Of a stretch of 64,000 bases of DNA, positions 1-13,480 are shown in pieces. Every line of letters starts with the position of its first letter. Within the stretch, counting starts at the first letter, position 1. The DNA comes from Puccinia triticina (lineage: Eukaryota). A program made the position numbers and the translations under genes. The notes beneath the pieces were generated by a model. It did no database searches, was not told the DNA's origin, and saw only the letters and a program-made list of their open reading frames with translations. The stretch lies in contig CP110439.1 of the NCBI GenBank assembly GCA_026914245.1, forward strand, positions 620,001 to 684,000, written 5' to 3'.

Positions 1-544
1 TTGAACCCTCTGCTAGTTTTCAATTTTTGTGTACAGGGCAAAAAAAGTTGAAATTTTTCAAAATTGAGGCCCATGGTACAGGCCTTTAGCCAGAATGGCA
101 TGCCAATAAAAAAGTACCATATGTTGAGGTTGTTTGCTTGACTCGGGGCGGACGGGTCATAATTGCCTGTATATAGGCCCCCTCTTCCTCCGGGCGGCGC
201 ATGCGACAGGTGGTTTACCACTCCGCGCGGGAAGCGAAAAAATTATGCAAAATGCATCATACGACAAGGGACATTTTTAGCTGCGAACCACGGACCACCC
301 GGCACACCTTTCCAGACTTCAACTTCAAGGCACTCAAGATCAACAGCTTCCGGTACACGTCTTGTCTTCGGTCAGTCCATACGCAGACCAATGCTCGCAA
401 GCTGTCTTTTAGCTCCCCATCTGCCTCGGCACGGGTGACGCACTAGCCTGGGCCAACGCTGCTGGCAAAAAGATGCAGCTGGCCCACGGTTCTGACACCC
501 CTTCCACTCTTCCACCTCGTCTCGGGTTCCTTTAGATCCTACCA

Positions 545-1511
545 ATGGCCGTCACCACCAAGAAGAACTTTTCACGAAACCGGGCCATCGGGCCTCACGT
601 GAACCGACTCAGCAAGTCGCAACTGTACACCAAGAAGGCTCTTTACAAGCGCCCTCACAAGGCAATCCCAAGCACTAAAGCCCCTGAAGTTGATTACGCA
701 GCTGCTAAGACTGTGAAGGTATCATGTCCGCCTTGCCTGCTCTATTGAACTCCGATGAACTGAAGATGCGTTTCCCTCAATGATCAGGTTGGAGGTGCCA
801 AGAACGGTGGCGAGCGTCTTGTTCCCGTTCACAAGGCCCCCCGTTTTTATCCCACGGAAGTACAATCAAAGCCCAAGAAGCCCCGCAAAGCCCACCGTGC
901 TCCAGGTCTACGCTCCACACTGACTCCTGGCACTGTCATTATCATCCTTGCTGGTCGTTTCCGCGGCAAGCGTGCCGTGTTTCTGAAGCAACTCGAAAGT
1001 GGCCTTCTCATGATCTCCGGCCCCTTCAAGCTGAACGGCGTCCCTCTGAGACGTGTCAACCAAGCTTACGTTATCGCCACACAAACAAAGGTCGATATTT
1101 CTAGCATGAAGGTAAGGCAGCTTCCCTGTCTGACTTGGTGGTACTCATACTGAAACGTCCACTTGACAGCTTGATGCAAAGTTCAACGATGTATATTTCG
1201 CCAAGGAGAAGAAGACCCGATGCCAGCGGGCCGAAGCTAAAGAATTCTTCGCCGAAAACGGCGAGCGGGAGAAGAAGAAATGCCCTGACAGCCGAATTGC
1301 TGACCAAAAGACCGTTAGTATTTCCCTCCTAAATAGCTCGTTTGGTATCATAACAACTAACAGTCTCGTTTTATAATCCATCACGGGTCATGAATCCCAG
1401 GTTGATAAATCTCTAATTGCTGCCATTGTACAAACCCCCGTGCTTGCCAAGTACTTGGCGACTCCTTTTGGTTTATCTAACGGCGATTTCCCTCACCGCA
1501 TGAAATTTTGA
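545..1511 (+). CDS. RPL6: 60S ribosomal protein L6 (eL6), 4 exons: 545-718, 788-1111, 1170-1313, 1401-1511
   Basis: Spliced translation gives hallmark motifs [50 protein letters not shown] and C-terminal FPHRMKF*; GT-AG introns keep the frame. Confidence 0.95.
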
Positions 1512-2474
1512 AATAAATTGCCCAGCGTCTGAATTGTCCATGTCCTGTTATCCGTAACCATATCTATACTCACAAGTACGATTAATCGTTTGCACGCCCC
1601 AACCGTATTTACAGCGATGCCTCGGTCAGACCCGGTCATACTAAAGTACATACAATTAACGACCTGTTACATAATTCGAGATATCTGAGCTTCTCACCCT
1701 GGCTCGCTGTACCCTCCTCAACCCTCATAAGTCCGGGGGACCTCAGGTCCTATTCAACTCCTAACAATAGACCTCATTACTGTTTGAGGGACATTTTGTC
1801 TCAATCCCCCGTTGGACTGAGCCTTCAGGAGATAAAGCGAGGGAGATATAGCGGCGGAGCCTTATGGATACTTGTCTAATGACAGCCCGACGGTGATCAC
1901 TGAAACTTTGAGAAAAGGTAAAATAAGTTGACCCTCTTCTACCCTTGCACCTGACCTGGAAGTTGCTGTAGCGTTATATTTCGGGTTTTCAGAATATGTA
2001 TCCATGTATCCATAGTCGCATACATGTTTACATGTGTAATTATCATTTGAATGATGTCTGGTGAGACAGATGGTCATCGTAAAAATCCTAACTAGGTTCC
2101 GACCTTCGGATCATATGCCCTCTTCAACGCTACCACCAGCAAACCAATACACAATGGCAAATTTAGAGGTTACTGGGGGCAGTTCAATGGCCGGGTTTCT
2201 CGGTTAGCTTTTTGCTTCCTGCCCCCCGCTCAAACATTTCCTGAGTTGACAAATTTCGAGCTTCACTTTAGCTTGGATTAAGCTCTGTGAGTTTGCAGGG
2301 AAGCTCAGCTTACCGAGCTGGTGTTTTGGCAAATTTCAAGCTTCGCAGCACTAGTGCCTTTGATTTCTTCCTCAGAGATCCTAATCGTGAACTCAGCTGA
2401 TAATAATTTCACATCGTGCACGCAACTGAAGTTTGAACTGCAACTTCATCCCAGAGCTAGCTCCTTCGCTCAGC

Positions 2475-5297
2475 ATGAAATCCTTTCGTTTCCTTTATCC
2501 GTTTCTGGCCGTGCATGTATCAATGGCGGCGCTCCCGGTGGACGAGGAATGGGATCAGCTGGTGAATGACTATCTTCAAGGAAGTGTTGAGTTCGGATTG
2601 GCTCCTCCAGAAAACGTGGGGCGGTCCTACGTTGGTGAAGAGGTGAATCCATCAAAGCGTGGGCTTGATTTGGAAAACCCCAAGGCAAATGTCATATTCA
2701 CGCCTTCCCCTGAATCAGAATCACGCTGCACGGAGGGCGTTTGTTCCAATCCTGCGAACGCGCTACAGGCTAGTGAGGGCCGAGTACCAAAAAGAGCACG
2801 TAATGGCAAGTCTATAATGACGAGGGAGGAGGAAAGACGAGATGATCTACGTCCTGATGTTTCCCGCTTGCATCATGACACTAAATTCCACAACCTTGCC
2901 CAAGTTAATAATAAAAGTCCGCCCTGCATCAGTGAACAAGGACGCCTATGGCGGCTAGGACAAGCTGACCACTCGGGGATTCCCACATCACATTATCCAA
3001 TGACCTCCTCCATCAAATCAAGAGCACACCGTATGAGCAGAAAACCAATGCCGGAAAAGCAACAGCAAGATCCAAGGAACAAGCAGCATATAGCTAACCA
3101 GAACTCGGGGCAAGGGAAATATGATCAGCTAAAAGTTCCGCAAATTGACTTGGGTGGAGAATCTTGGAAACAATCTGAATTAAACTCGATTGGTATACCA
3201 GTCAATGGTCTTATGGAAACAGCATCAATCTCATCTCAGGTTGTCTTGGATGAAAGAGAACTTGATCAATATCAAACACCCTACAAAGCTGCCATTAAAA
3301 ACATCTATCAGGAACTTCATGGTTCGACTGATACTAAAGTGAATAGAGTTGGGAACTGGCCTGTTGAAATCATTGTATTTCCATGTGTGAATCTCAAAGG
3401 CAAAGATCCAACCTCAGTAGTACTTCCTTTGGATCTACAAGGAAACATCTATGAACCGTCTATATTACACAGAGCCTTTAGGAATTTAAACCTCAGGCTA
3501 ATTCATAACCATAGAATCTGGAAACACCTTGATAAAAACATACCACCTGATTTCAACCTGGTCTTAGACCGTCAAAGACTTAGTAATTGGCTATTTGGAG
3601 AGGTATTTGAGCCAAAGAATGGAATTCCAGTTCTAGGAAGGACAAAAATAAATATTTTTGATGGTGTTGAATTTGGGACAGTTCAGCTTTGGATAATCAA
3701 ACTTCTACAAGGGGCAGAGCCTCTAGAAACCATATCCCAAGCAATCTTGGGAATTTGGTTCAAGAACATGACTGGTGGTTGGGCACATGAATTGTTTACA
3801 TTGTATGATTGTTTCTGTGTTCTACCTCAGGTTCCAGTTTTTCTACATGAAGATGGCAAGGAAGAGGAACATAACAAAGCAAGCAATGTTCCCCCTCAAA
3901 GCTATCAGATACATCTTGATGGTGAATCCTGGAAGCAATCTCAATTAAATTCTATAGGTAAGCCAGTTTGTGAATTCAAAGATTCATCTGGCCTTACCAA
4001 AGAACTTCCTTTGAGGTCCACTCAACTACAAGTTGGTTTGGAAGACAAAAATAAAAAAGAAGTTGAAGAGTTCCAAAAACCTTATGAGATTATAATAAGT
4101 TATACATATCAGGAACTTCATAAATTGAAAACTTCTAGCAAAGTAATTAGAATTCAAAACTGTCCCATTGGAATTCTTGTGATTCCAACTTCTAAACTTA
4201 ATTCCAGAGATACCACATCAATAGTACTTCCTTTAGACCCACATGGAAAAGTCTATGATCCTTCCACACTACACACATACTTTAGGTACTTAAACATCTG
4301 GTTGAATAATAACCATAGTATCATCTGGAAAAAACACAGCAAAAGCATGCCAAATGATCTCAACTTAGCAATTGACCGTCACAATTTAAACTACTGGCTA
4401 TTTGGAGAATTGTTTAATCCAAGCCATGGAATCCCTGTTTTAGGAAAAACAAAAATCAAGAGTTTTGGTGGTGCTGAATTTGGGACAGTCCAGCTTTTGA
4501 TAATCAAGCTTCTGCATGGTTTGGAGTCTCTGAATACATTATCCCTAAAAATTTCTGAGATTTGGTTCAAGAATAATTTGGATAGGTTCCATGAATTCTT
4601 TACAAATTCTGATGCAGCATTTGAGCCTCAGTTACCCACTCCTCCCCCAGAGGATATTCATGCTTTGGAAAATAGTTGTGATTTCACTTTTGAGAAAATC
4701 AGGGAGCTTGGAGTTATTATATCTGAAAATCATGAAAACCAAAATGAATCAGGAAATGCTCAAGTCAACATGAGCTTTCCTACAATTTGGATGAAGGATG
4801 CTATATTCTCCAAAATACCTGCAGCAAGAAGTGATTTTTCAAACTCAATAATGGAAAAATTCTCAGATGTTTTAGGTGCAATTGATGATATCCCAAAGCA
4901 AGTACACCAAGTAATAAAAGGTACAAGCTTTGTGTTTACAAAATCCGCACCGGAAAGCAGCAGTTTATTCATCAGTTTATTATTACCAGATTATAGAGGT
5001 AATATGAAATGTGCTTCAAATGGAAGGGGATGGAAACGTCTGATGAAGAAATTGATTGACAGTCTAGAATATCATTCAGATTGTATATTTTCATATTCTC
5101 ATTTCAAGGGGAAAAGTATTGAACCACTAACTCAAGGAAATTTTCTACATTGGTTCAATGAGAAGCTACATGGTACAAATCCAAGTCTACAACTACCAGT
5201 GGTTGGCAAAGTAGAAAAATCAGTCTTCAGCCAAGGAAAAAATCCAAAATTTGATGAAATACAAACTTTTATCATGTTGATCTTTTCTACACGGTAA
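2475..5297 (+). CDS. Large intronless secreted protein (940 aa) with 2 full + 1 partial internal repeat domains; probable premature stop (frame stays open to 5477)
   Basis: Signal-peptide-like N-terminus MKSFRFLYPFLAVHVSMAALP; duplicated module GESWKQSxLNSIG...YQELH...VLPLD...WLFGE...GIPVLG...EFGTVQL...IWFKN. Confidence 0.75.
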   Translation: MKSFRFLYPFLAVHVSMAALPVDEEWDQLVNDYLQGSVEFGLAPPENVGRSYVGEEVNPSKRGLDLENPKANVIFTPSPESESRCTEGVCSNPANALQASEGRVPKRARNGKSIMTREEERRDDLRPDVSRLHHDTKFHNLAQVNNKSPPCISEQGRLWRLGQADHSGIPTSHYPMTSSIKSRAHRMSRKPMPEKQQQDPRNKQHIANQNSGQGKYDQLKVPQIDLGGESWKQSELNSIGIPVNGLMETASISSQVVLDERELDQYQTPYKAAIKNIYQELHGSTDTKVNRVGNWPVEIIVFPCVNLKGKDPTSVVLPLDLQGNIYEPSILHRAFRNLNLRLIHNHRIWKHLDKNIPPDFNLVLDRQRLSNWLFGEVFEPKNGIPVLGRTKINIFDGVEFGTVQLWIIKLLQGAEPLETISQAILGIWFKNMTGGWAHELFTLYDCFCVLPQVPVFLHEDGKEEEHNKASNVPPQSYQIHLDGESWKQSQLNSIGKPVCEFKDSSGLTKELPLRSTQLQVGLEDKNKKEVEEFQKPYEIIISYTYQELHKLKTSSKVIRIQNCPIGILVIPTSKLNSRDTTSIVLPLDPHGKVYDPSTLHTYFRYLNIWLNNNHSIIWKKHSKSMPNDLNLAIDRHNLNYWLFGELFNPSHGIPVLGKTKIKSFGGAEFGTVQLLIIKLLHGLESLNTLSLKISEIWFKNNLDRFHEFFTNSDAAFEPQLPTPPPEDIHALENSCDFTFEKIRELGVIISENHENQNESGNAQVNMSFPTIWMKDAIFSKIPAARSDFSNSIMEKFSDVLGAIDDIPKQVHQVIKGTSFVFTKSAPESSSLFISLLLPDYRGNMKCASNGRGWKRLMKKLIDSLEYHSDCIFSYSHFKGKSIEPLTQGNFLHWFNEKLHGTNPSLQLPVVGKVEKSVFSQGKNPKFDEIQTFIMLIFSTR

Positions 5298-5961
5298 CCA
5301 TACAAATATGAATATTCAGCAATTACACTTTTAGGATATTGGTTTAAGGTTGTCAATCCAACTGTCTGGAAGCAGTGCTTTAAGTATGATGCCAATTATT
5401 ATGAATTTGTTGCTTCAGCAGTTGCACATAGAAAGATTGAAACTGGAAGACAAAATTTGGGATTTGTTGAGCTATAAAATTTCCATCTCTGATTGTACAG
5501 ATCAAGACAAGGTTAAACATGAAATTTTTTACAATAATGTTATTAGGATTAAATTGGCTTATAGAATTAGCCTCAAGTTTATTACTTATTTTTCCCACAC
5601 ATAATATCTTCATGTACTACAGGCCTCTGGTATGATGTTCATAGTTAATGATTGGAGTTGAGATTTGGGAGTGCCCCAAAAATGAGTTGGAGCCCAAAAA
5701 GCTAGATATCCCTGCAAATATCTAGACTTTTGGGGTCTAAAGCACTATCTGCAAGGGTTCCAACTTGCACAGGAATTCACCCATTTTTTTAAAAAAAAAA
5801 CAGTTTGTATAAGCAAACTATCTGAATTGAATCAAAAAAGGAAACATTGATATAATTGCACCATATTCTATTGGAAGTTGCTCCCATGTACAAGAACTTA
5901 TTATTTTCCAACCTCAAGTCTCTCTTGGGGTACATAGGCTACTACAAACATAACTTTATAA

Positions 5962-6190
5962 GGCACTGTTTATTACCGTGATAAAATTAAAATAATATAG
6001 CGTAACATGAAAAACACACTACAATTACATCTTGTAAAACATATTTTTTAGGCTAATATTTTGTAATTAAAATTTCATAAACCTTTAAATTGCACTCACA
6101 AAATATTATCCCAAAAAACAATGCTTTACATATGCACATGTAGTGTGTTTTTGATAATACACTCTATTTATCTCACTAAGAAACAGGGCC
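5962..6190. mobile_element. PIF/Harbinger-type (Tourist-like) MITE
   Basis: Termini GGCACTGTTT...AAACAGGGCC; internal inverted arms AAAAACACACTACA/TGTAGTGTGTTTTT; flanked by TAA/TAA. Confidence 0.6.
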
Positions 6191-6855
6191 TAAATGATTA
6201 GTATATATAGAATATGTAAAAATTGTATCCCAGGCAGGTTGTAACCATAAGGCTATGTACCAGATTTGTATCAAGATGTATATGTTGAGTGATAGAACTC
6301 CGGAAAGAGTTCTAGGTCCCGTGCACAATGCTGAGAGCACTGAAGAATATTGAGGCTCTTACGGCCCAGATGGCTGAGCTTAAATATTGCAACATTTCAC
6401 ATTTGATTGAGGGTGACCGCTGCTGGTTTGCTTACACTGCTTGCTTGTTTTGGAAATTAGGCAACTCTTACCAGCCAAATTGGCTTGAGCTTGTAAAGTC
6501 AAAACCTTAAATGCTCTGCTGGTTTGAACTTTTTGTGTTGCTGAAGAATTTCAGATGTACTGAACTTTCCTAACACAATAGAGGGGCCCTCTTGATGAAT
6601 CAGAGATAATTGTGTTGAGTAACTCATGTCATTTGGGGCTGAGAGTTGCAAGTGTCTTGGGAGGGTCCAGATGGCCTAGCGGTAACCATCACCCACGGAA
6701 GCTTGGTGTCTCCCCTGCAAAAACATAGTATAAATTAATCACTTTGAAAAGAGTGACGAGTCCGGTGTTCAAATCCTGGTGGACCCAACTCCTGGCCGCT
6801 ACCACTTCCGCGCTTGGACAACTACACACCACCCATTCAACCTTCAACCCACTTA

Positions 6856-7081
6856 TAGGGGGATTCAAAGTTGGCCATCCACGACTTGCATGCACTTTTG
6901 CAAGTTGGTGTTCAAGGCTTTTATTGAACACCAGATTTTAAAAAAACATTCAAGCAGGCTTAGGGGGTGTAGTGCAGTGTGGCTTGCATGCACTTTTGCA
7001 ACTTGGTGTTCAAGAATGAACTTGAACACCGACTTGCAAAAGTGCATGCAAGTTGCATCTGGCCAACTTTGAAACCCCCTA
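6856..7081. repeat. Foldback/MITE-like inverted repeat with nested hairpin
   Basis: TAGGGGGATTCAAAGTTGGCCA...TGGCCAACTTTGAAACCCCCTA; inner near-perfect hairpin ~6983-7052; TSD not resolved. Confidence 0.6.
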
Positions 7082-7433
7082 TTTTGTCCTCTTGACATAT
7101 ATAAAAACTTTTCAATTTCAACACCCGTTACCCAATTGAATCAGCCTGAAAAATGGTTGCACCCCATCCACCCCACAAACCCACATCGCAACTCATTGTC
7201 CCTAGTTGTTAAGATTACCACATCCTCTACAGAACTTGGCCCCATAGAAACAAGTACTGAAAAAACAAAACTACAAACATAAAATAACAAAAAATGCTTG
7301 TAGGTAGATAACATCATATTCATAGTGTGCAATGCCAAAGGCAAAATATTTACACTTTTTTTTTAAAAAAAAAAAGTGTCTTGGGGCTAGAGGCATCCTT
7401 GTGCGATACAAGTTGGTTCAGTAACCCTTGCCC

Positions 7434-10400
7434 TAAAGGAAACCAGAATGTGGTTCGCGGTAGGATAGATAATTTCATGTATATAAAGAGGAAGACTATT
7501 TATGTACATGCAATTATCTAAGCACAAAAGGGGTCTAGGAGAGAAAACTCGCTGTAACCTCACTGGGTTACAACACTCCCCCCTCTCCTAGGCTCCGGAC
7601 ATAATCCTCCCCCGGAATCTTTCAAAAGGCTCTTTACCCAAAGCCTTGGTGAACACGTCAGCTAATTGATCCGCCGTGGGTACCCAGGTTAACTGAGTCT
7701 TGGCCTCAAACAGCGCCTGGTTTGTGAGGTAAAATTCACGGTCAACGTGCCGTACACGTTTGTTTGCCGAGCCGTCCGTGCTTACCCGGATGGCGGCTTT
7801 GTTGTCACAAAACAGGTGACCTGTGAAGTCCCTCTTGAGAATGTCAGTCAGAAGATGCTTTACCCACAGGACATGCCTGGTTCCAATTCCCAGTGCCATA
7901 TACTCAGCCTGGCACGTTGAGGCTGCAATTGTCGCAAAACGCCGCGATGCCCAAAGAACTGGGCAGCCGTAGAAGCTGATGAGTATACCATATGTTGACC
8001 GTCCAAGTTCCCCGCCCCATGACGCGTCACAAAAACATTTCAACGCTTTCTTACTCTCTTTGGGAACTAGATCCAGTTTCAGGTCCCTCGATCCAGCCAA
8101 GTAACCAACCAGATGCTTGACTCCTTTCCAGTGATTTACACCTGGTTTTGCCGAAAAACGCGCTAAAAGGTTAACAGCAAATGCAATGTTGGGTCTAGTA
8201 CCTACTGCCAGAAAACTGAAGGCTCCCAGGATGGAACAAAAGAGTGTCGAATCCTTCTCGCATCCGTTTGGATCCGTCACAAGCTCCAGTGAAGGAGGGA
8301 GTGGCATCCGGGTGATCAGCGCATTGTCCCAATGCTCGCGCAGAATCTGATCAATGAGTTTTGGCTGCCGGAGATGGAAACCTTTACTGGACCTTTGAAC
8401 CTGTAGCCCGACAATCGACTCAATGCCATCCGTCCATTTGATTTCCAAAACGCCTTTCAAACCCGCCTCCAATCGCCGCAGTAGTCCATCCGAAGACCCA
8501 GTCACGATTCCATCGTCGACGTGGATCCAAATGATCCCGGTTTCCGCCGCATGCTGTAATGTATATAAGCTATTATCATATTGGCTAGCTTTGTAACCCA
8601 AACCTGTAAGAATTCCTTTCAGGTGGAGCCACCAGCACCACGCTGCCTGCTTAGTCCCATACAGGGCCTTATGCAGCTTCATGGCATATCCCGGCGGAAG
8701 ATCCAGTCCTTCAGGGGCCTTTACCCAGACCTCCTCGTCAATCGGCGAGTTGAGGTACGCTGCTACAAAATCAAAAGACCGGACCGGCCAATTGAACTTC
8801 GCCGCCAAGGTGAAGAGCAATCGCATGGAGACAAATGTCGCAGTTGGCGCAAAAGTCTTGTTGAAATCGTATCCCTCTACTTGTGTAAAACCCTTTGCGA
8901 CATAACGCGCTTTCCAGCGCACAACCTCCGATTCGTCATTCATCTTCTCAGCAAACACCCAACGACTGTCCAGCGGCTTCCTGTTGGCCGGGCACGGGAG
9001 CGCTGACCAGACCTTCATGCGCATCAGATTGCCGAGTTCTTCCTTGATAGCCATCTTCCACTTGTCCCACACAGGGGATTTCATTGCCTGCCTATACGTC
9101 TTTGGAACCGTGGCTGCAAAAAAGGAACATTCCTGTAGGAGTTTGTCCACGACAAGTTCTTGCTCCTGTACCTGTAAGTCCGCACTGAAGTCACCCAGCG
9201 TCAGTCTGTTCATGATGAAATTCAGCTTGTTCTTCTCTCCCGGTGGGACAGCGGGAGGATCAGTAATGGGATCCTTGACCAACGGGGTCTTCATCGGTGG
9301 GACAGGTAAGTTACTCAACGTCTTGTATTCTGCCGGTCGTGAGTTGCGCCACTTCACTACCGCTGAGGCAACCAATCTGTTCGCCGCGGGAACCCAGAAA
9401 ATCCAGCCCTTGCTGTCATCGCAGTTCGCCACCACGCGCCCTTCGAGCGCCCTCTCATCCAGTTTCTTCCGCTGCTCCACTGGAATGTGGATGAAACCTG
9501 TCTTGCCGAAGATCCTAGTTGTATCAAAAACTGGTTTCCTACTGAAGAAAGCTTCCCATGGAGATCTGTTGCCACTTGTCTTGTTAGGTAGTTTATTCAG
9601 TGTGTCACTCGCCCAGATGTAACTAAAGCCCCAGAAAGACTTATCCAGCTTGCTGTCGATCAGAAGAGTGCGCCCCATGTCATTCAGCGTCCTATTGTAC
9701 CGCTCAATCGCCCCATTCTGATAATGGTGGTATGGAAGCGCCCGTTCAGCAGTTATGCCCCGGTCTACTAGGAAATCAAGGAAAAATTTGCTGTTAAATT
9801 CCCCGCCATTGTCGCTGCGGATCGTTTTCACCCTGTCGCCCGTGATCAACTCCCAGCGCTTGATGGTCGCGATCAGCAGACCACATGATTGATCCTTAGT
9901 CTTCATAACCTTTGCTTTGGAGTACCCGGTACCGAGATCCCACACTGTGAGCACAAACGACCCCCCATTGAAAGTCGGCACTTGGAACAGACCTATAATA
10001 TCGCAGGAGATGATAGAAAGCCTGTTGATAACCCGGTCAGTACTCCCTAGTCGGTTTGTCAGTACACTCTTGCTGATAGCGCAATTCACGCATTTGATAC
10101 TACCAGGTGGGAGGACTCTTGGTAGTCCAATAACCTGGCCAAGTTTACACATATGTCTTATGGTCCTCAGGCTAGCGTGACCAAAAACACGATGCCAATA
10201 TACCAGTGTTTTTTCATTTGTCGTCAGCTCCTTGCCATCAAAACTCTCAGCTTCTGGCACATCGACTGGGATCACAAAAGGAGGTTTTATTTGCAGGCGC
10301 TCTGGGGTAGAAACAGGACAAAAAGAAACGACAGGTCTGGTTCTCAGGGGAATAACAGGAGGGATAGGGCACGCGATCGTGGCAGGGTTGGTCAAAGGTT

Positions 10401-12948
10401 TCGGGAACACCCATTTATTCTGGTGTTTGACGAAAGGACATGAGAAGAGATGCTTTTTGTCTTTTCCAAAAATCTCATAGGAGTCACGTTCTACGTCATA
10501 CGTAAAGTAACAGTCAGCTTTTCTGATCGCAGCTAGCAAGATCAAAGTCGTCCTTGCTAGCTTACAGTATAGCACCCCATGGATAGTAACCCGTTGGTTG
10601 TCAGCGCCACTGAACTGCAGGTCGCCTTGGCCTGTGATATAGGTGGCATTTACTTTGGTGGCTACTTTAAGAGGAATGGGGACGGGTAATGAGTGGAAGT
10701 TGAAGAAAAAACTGCGGTCACCACAGAGGTGGTGAGACGCACCAGAATCCACAATGGGAGCACCATCGGCCATGTCAATGTCGATTTGGCCAAAGTGTAG
10801 ATCCGCCAGATCGTCGGCCAAGTCTCCCAGTTCCACAATGCTGGCACCTCCCCCAGAGTCATTGCCGGAGGCTCCCACATCTGCCATCCTCGCGCTGGCA
10901 GGGGTCGGTCTGCCCATCGGATTTTGACTTTGATGCGCCTGATCAACCCGCTGAAGTCGATATTGAGGCCGATAAGAATTGCCTCTCTGGCGTTCAAAAC
11001 TTCCCTGCTGAGGACCAGGTTGTTGGCCCGTGGCTTGTTGGAACTGCCGGCCAGGAGGGGTCACAGTCGGGTAGGTCCCTACTGAACCGGCTGGCGCCAC
11101 AATTGGATAGAAAGGCTGGAAACCGGATTGTTGAGTGACCGGGTACCGATTGTATGGGCGAACAACCGGAGGACCCCTATTGAAGTTGCAGGGTTGTTGG
11201 CCGGACTGTCAGAGTTGGTGGTCTGGGGATCTGCAAAGAAAACAAACACCCGCCTGCATCGCTTGAAAATCCGCCGCATCCGGCATGTTGTCAAGATTCA
11301 TCGGTGCTACAGGGATTGCCGCATTCAGCCTTTCAGGCTGCATGTTCGTCGTCGCCGCCTCCGCCCTCATCGCTAAAGGGGTCGCCTGCACCCCAGCCCG
11401 GTCTGGGCCTCGCGCCTCAGCTTGATTCCGCATGTTCGAGCAAACCTGCCCAATCGTCCTGACAATGGTGTCGAAGTTGTCCACTGTTTTGGACCTTGAT
11501 CGGCTCATTGACAGCTCCACTTGCCGGTCCACTTCGTCCATTAGCTCCGGGTCCGAGCCGAGGCCGTTTTGTAGGATCAGCCCAGCAATTTCATCCCGCG
11601 TCAAGCTGATATTCATCCTGCGTAGCTCGTCCAATTTGTCATTGATGGCGTTGCTAATCGTACCTGTTGTAGGATGATCGCGAATGTTGAAGCGCAACAG
11701 TCGTCGAAAGGCTGCAATCTGGCCACCGCGGCTGATGACATTGAACCGGAGTCGGATTTCTGCGAACATCCCATACACTGTTGGGAAGCGACTAAGGGAG
11801 CGCCTGAGAGAACGATCCACAGACAATAGGAGAATCGATCTTGCAATACGCTCGTGAAGGGGACTGGTGGATTGATACATAAGATAATCCGGGTCGTTGA
11901 TGGCGTCACGCAGTCGCTCCTTGATGAAGTCGCCCCAAGCGCCAAAATTGCTCCCGTCAGCAAGCAGTCAATCTTCATCTCTGATCTGGCCTGTGATGGC
12001 CGATATGATGCCAGCCGCATTTCTGTCGTCCGCGATATTTATCTGCGCTGGCAGTCTCGGAGGGGGAACAGGGGGATCCACTGCACCCTTGACATTCGGA
12101 TCGTTGGCGGCAACGTTGTTGCGGTTCATGATGTTTTGGATCAAGGAAAAGAAAGAGGGGGTGGTTGTGAAAAGGAAAGATGGGAAAAAAGAATTGAAGT
12201 CAAGGGAAAATAGGAGAGAGGTGCTTGGGAAAAACTGATGTTGAGAATAATTGGAAATGGAGGTTCGGGGAAAAAAGGAAAGGGAATAGGGTTTTTTTAT
12301 TTATTTTTTATGTATTTTAATCAGAGGACGAAGTGAACTGGAGAGGAAAGGAAAGGTGTAAGTATATGGAAATACAGTAGATACGTTCTAAGAGGAAAGA
12401 AGGTTTGGATTGACAGGGGTAAAGAGGGCAGAGGTAAAAGAAAAAATTGATGATTGGTATTGGCGAAGACAAGAAAATCCAGAGAAGGGTCGGCCACGTG
12501 TTGATATTCGTGAAAACTCTTTTCAGCCCTTGAACTCAGCGTCCTGAGTCAAGATATACACTCAGATAGCGAGTCCTTGTGTAGCTTATTTGGAGAAATG
12601 AGAACAGAGGACTTTCAGAGTTCGGAGAGTTTAGGATAAGAGGATAGAGAAAACGTGATTTGTTTTGGATGATGATCAATCGATCTTCCGCGAAGAGAGA
12701 TAGAGACACAGACAGAGACTGTAGTAGAAACCTTAGATGTAGAGAGACAAAAGAGGAGAATGATAACGTTTGGATCCTTTAGACGAGAATTTGAGGGCTC
12801 ATAACCTAAAGGAACCCAGAATGTGGTTTGCGGTAGGATAGATAATTTCATGTATATAAAGAGGAAGACTATTTATGTACATGCAATTATCTAAGCACAA
12901 AAGGGGTCTAGGAGAGAAAACTCACTGTAACCTCACTGGGTTACAACA
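7434..12948 (-). mobile_element. Full-length Ty1/Copia LTR retrotransposon
   Basis: 142-bp LTRs 7434-7575 and 12807-12948 (3 mismatches), 5-bp TSD TGCCC, PBS GGTTATGAGCCC (minus strand, 12795-12806), polypurine tract next to 7576. Confidence 0.95.
7588..12129 (-). pseudogene. Copia gag-pol polyprotein (protease, integrase, RT, RNase H) with two in-frame TGA stops in gag (11968, 11209)
   Basis: VDSGASHH protease; WHRVFGH...CVNC zinc finger; IRSDNGGEF integrase; WKARYVAKGF and IHVDDG RT; FCDASW and ADVFTKAL RNase H; Copia domain order. Confidence 0.93.
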
Positions 12949-13480
12949 TGCCCGCGCAAGGTCCGAAGTTGTGTTTCCAACACATCCCTAACTTAACACA
13001 AGTCCCCCTGGTGGGAGGCTCGCTGTGGCTGGCCGCGAAGCGGCCCCTCCCGCAGGGAGGGACTTGCATATTATCCCCCAATTTCATAGGGGAGCAGAAA
13101 GTTCCAAATGGCTGTAAGCTTTTTTAACTTTTTAATAGCTCTGCCTTCAACACCTCCAAAGGTCTGAGCCACAGCTTTCTGACCCTTTGGCATCTCCTCT
13201 ACAATTCTGTCTCCTCAGAATTTTTGTATCACCATCACTCTATTTTTAATAAATTTTCGAAAAGTGACCTCTCAAGAAATGGATCTGCACAAGGATTCAC
13301 AAGGCTGTATTCCTTGTAGATCCTGTGGATCCAGAAATCTGCATGCTTTCTAGGTTTCATGTAGATTCTTGACACGTTGTATGTACATATGTTCATAAGG
13401 CTTCCCTCTGGCCAGCTCTGACCGGACACCTTCATCAACTTCAGCATCAAACCCGTCAAAGTACAGATACTACTCAAAGC

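Noticed and set aside
12499..12948. A 450-bp LTR starting at TGTTG 12499 with a truncated partner
   Set aside because: PBS at 12795-12806 and TSD TGCCC define complete 142-bp LTRs instead
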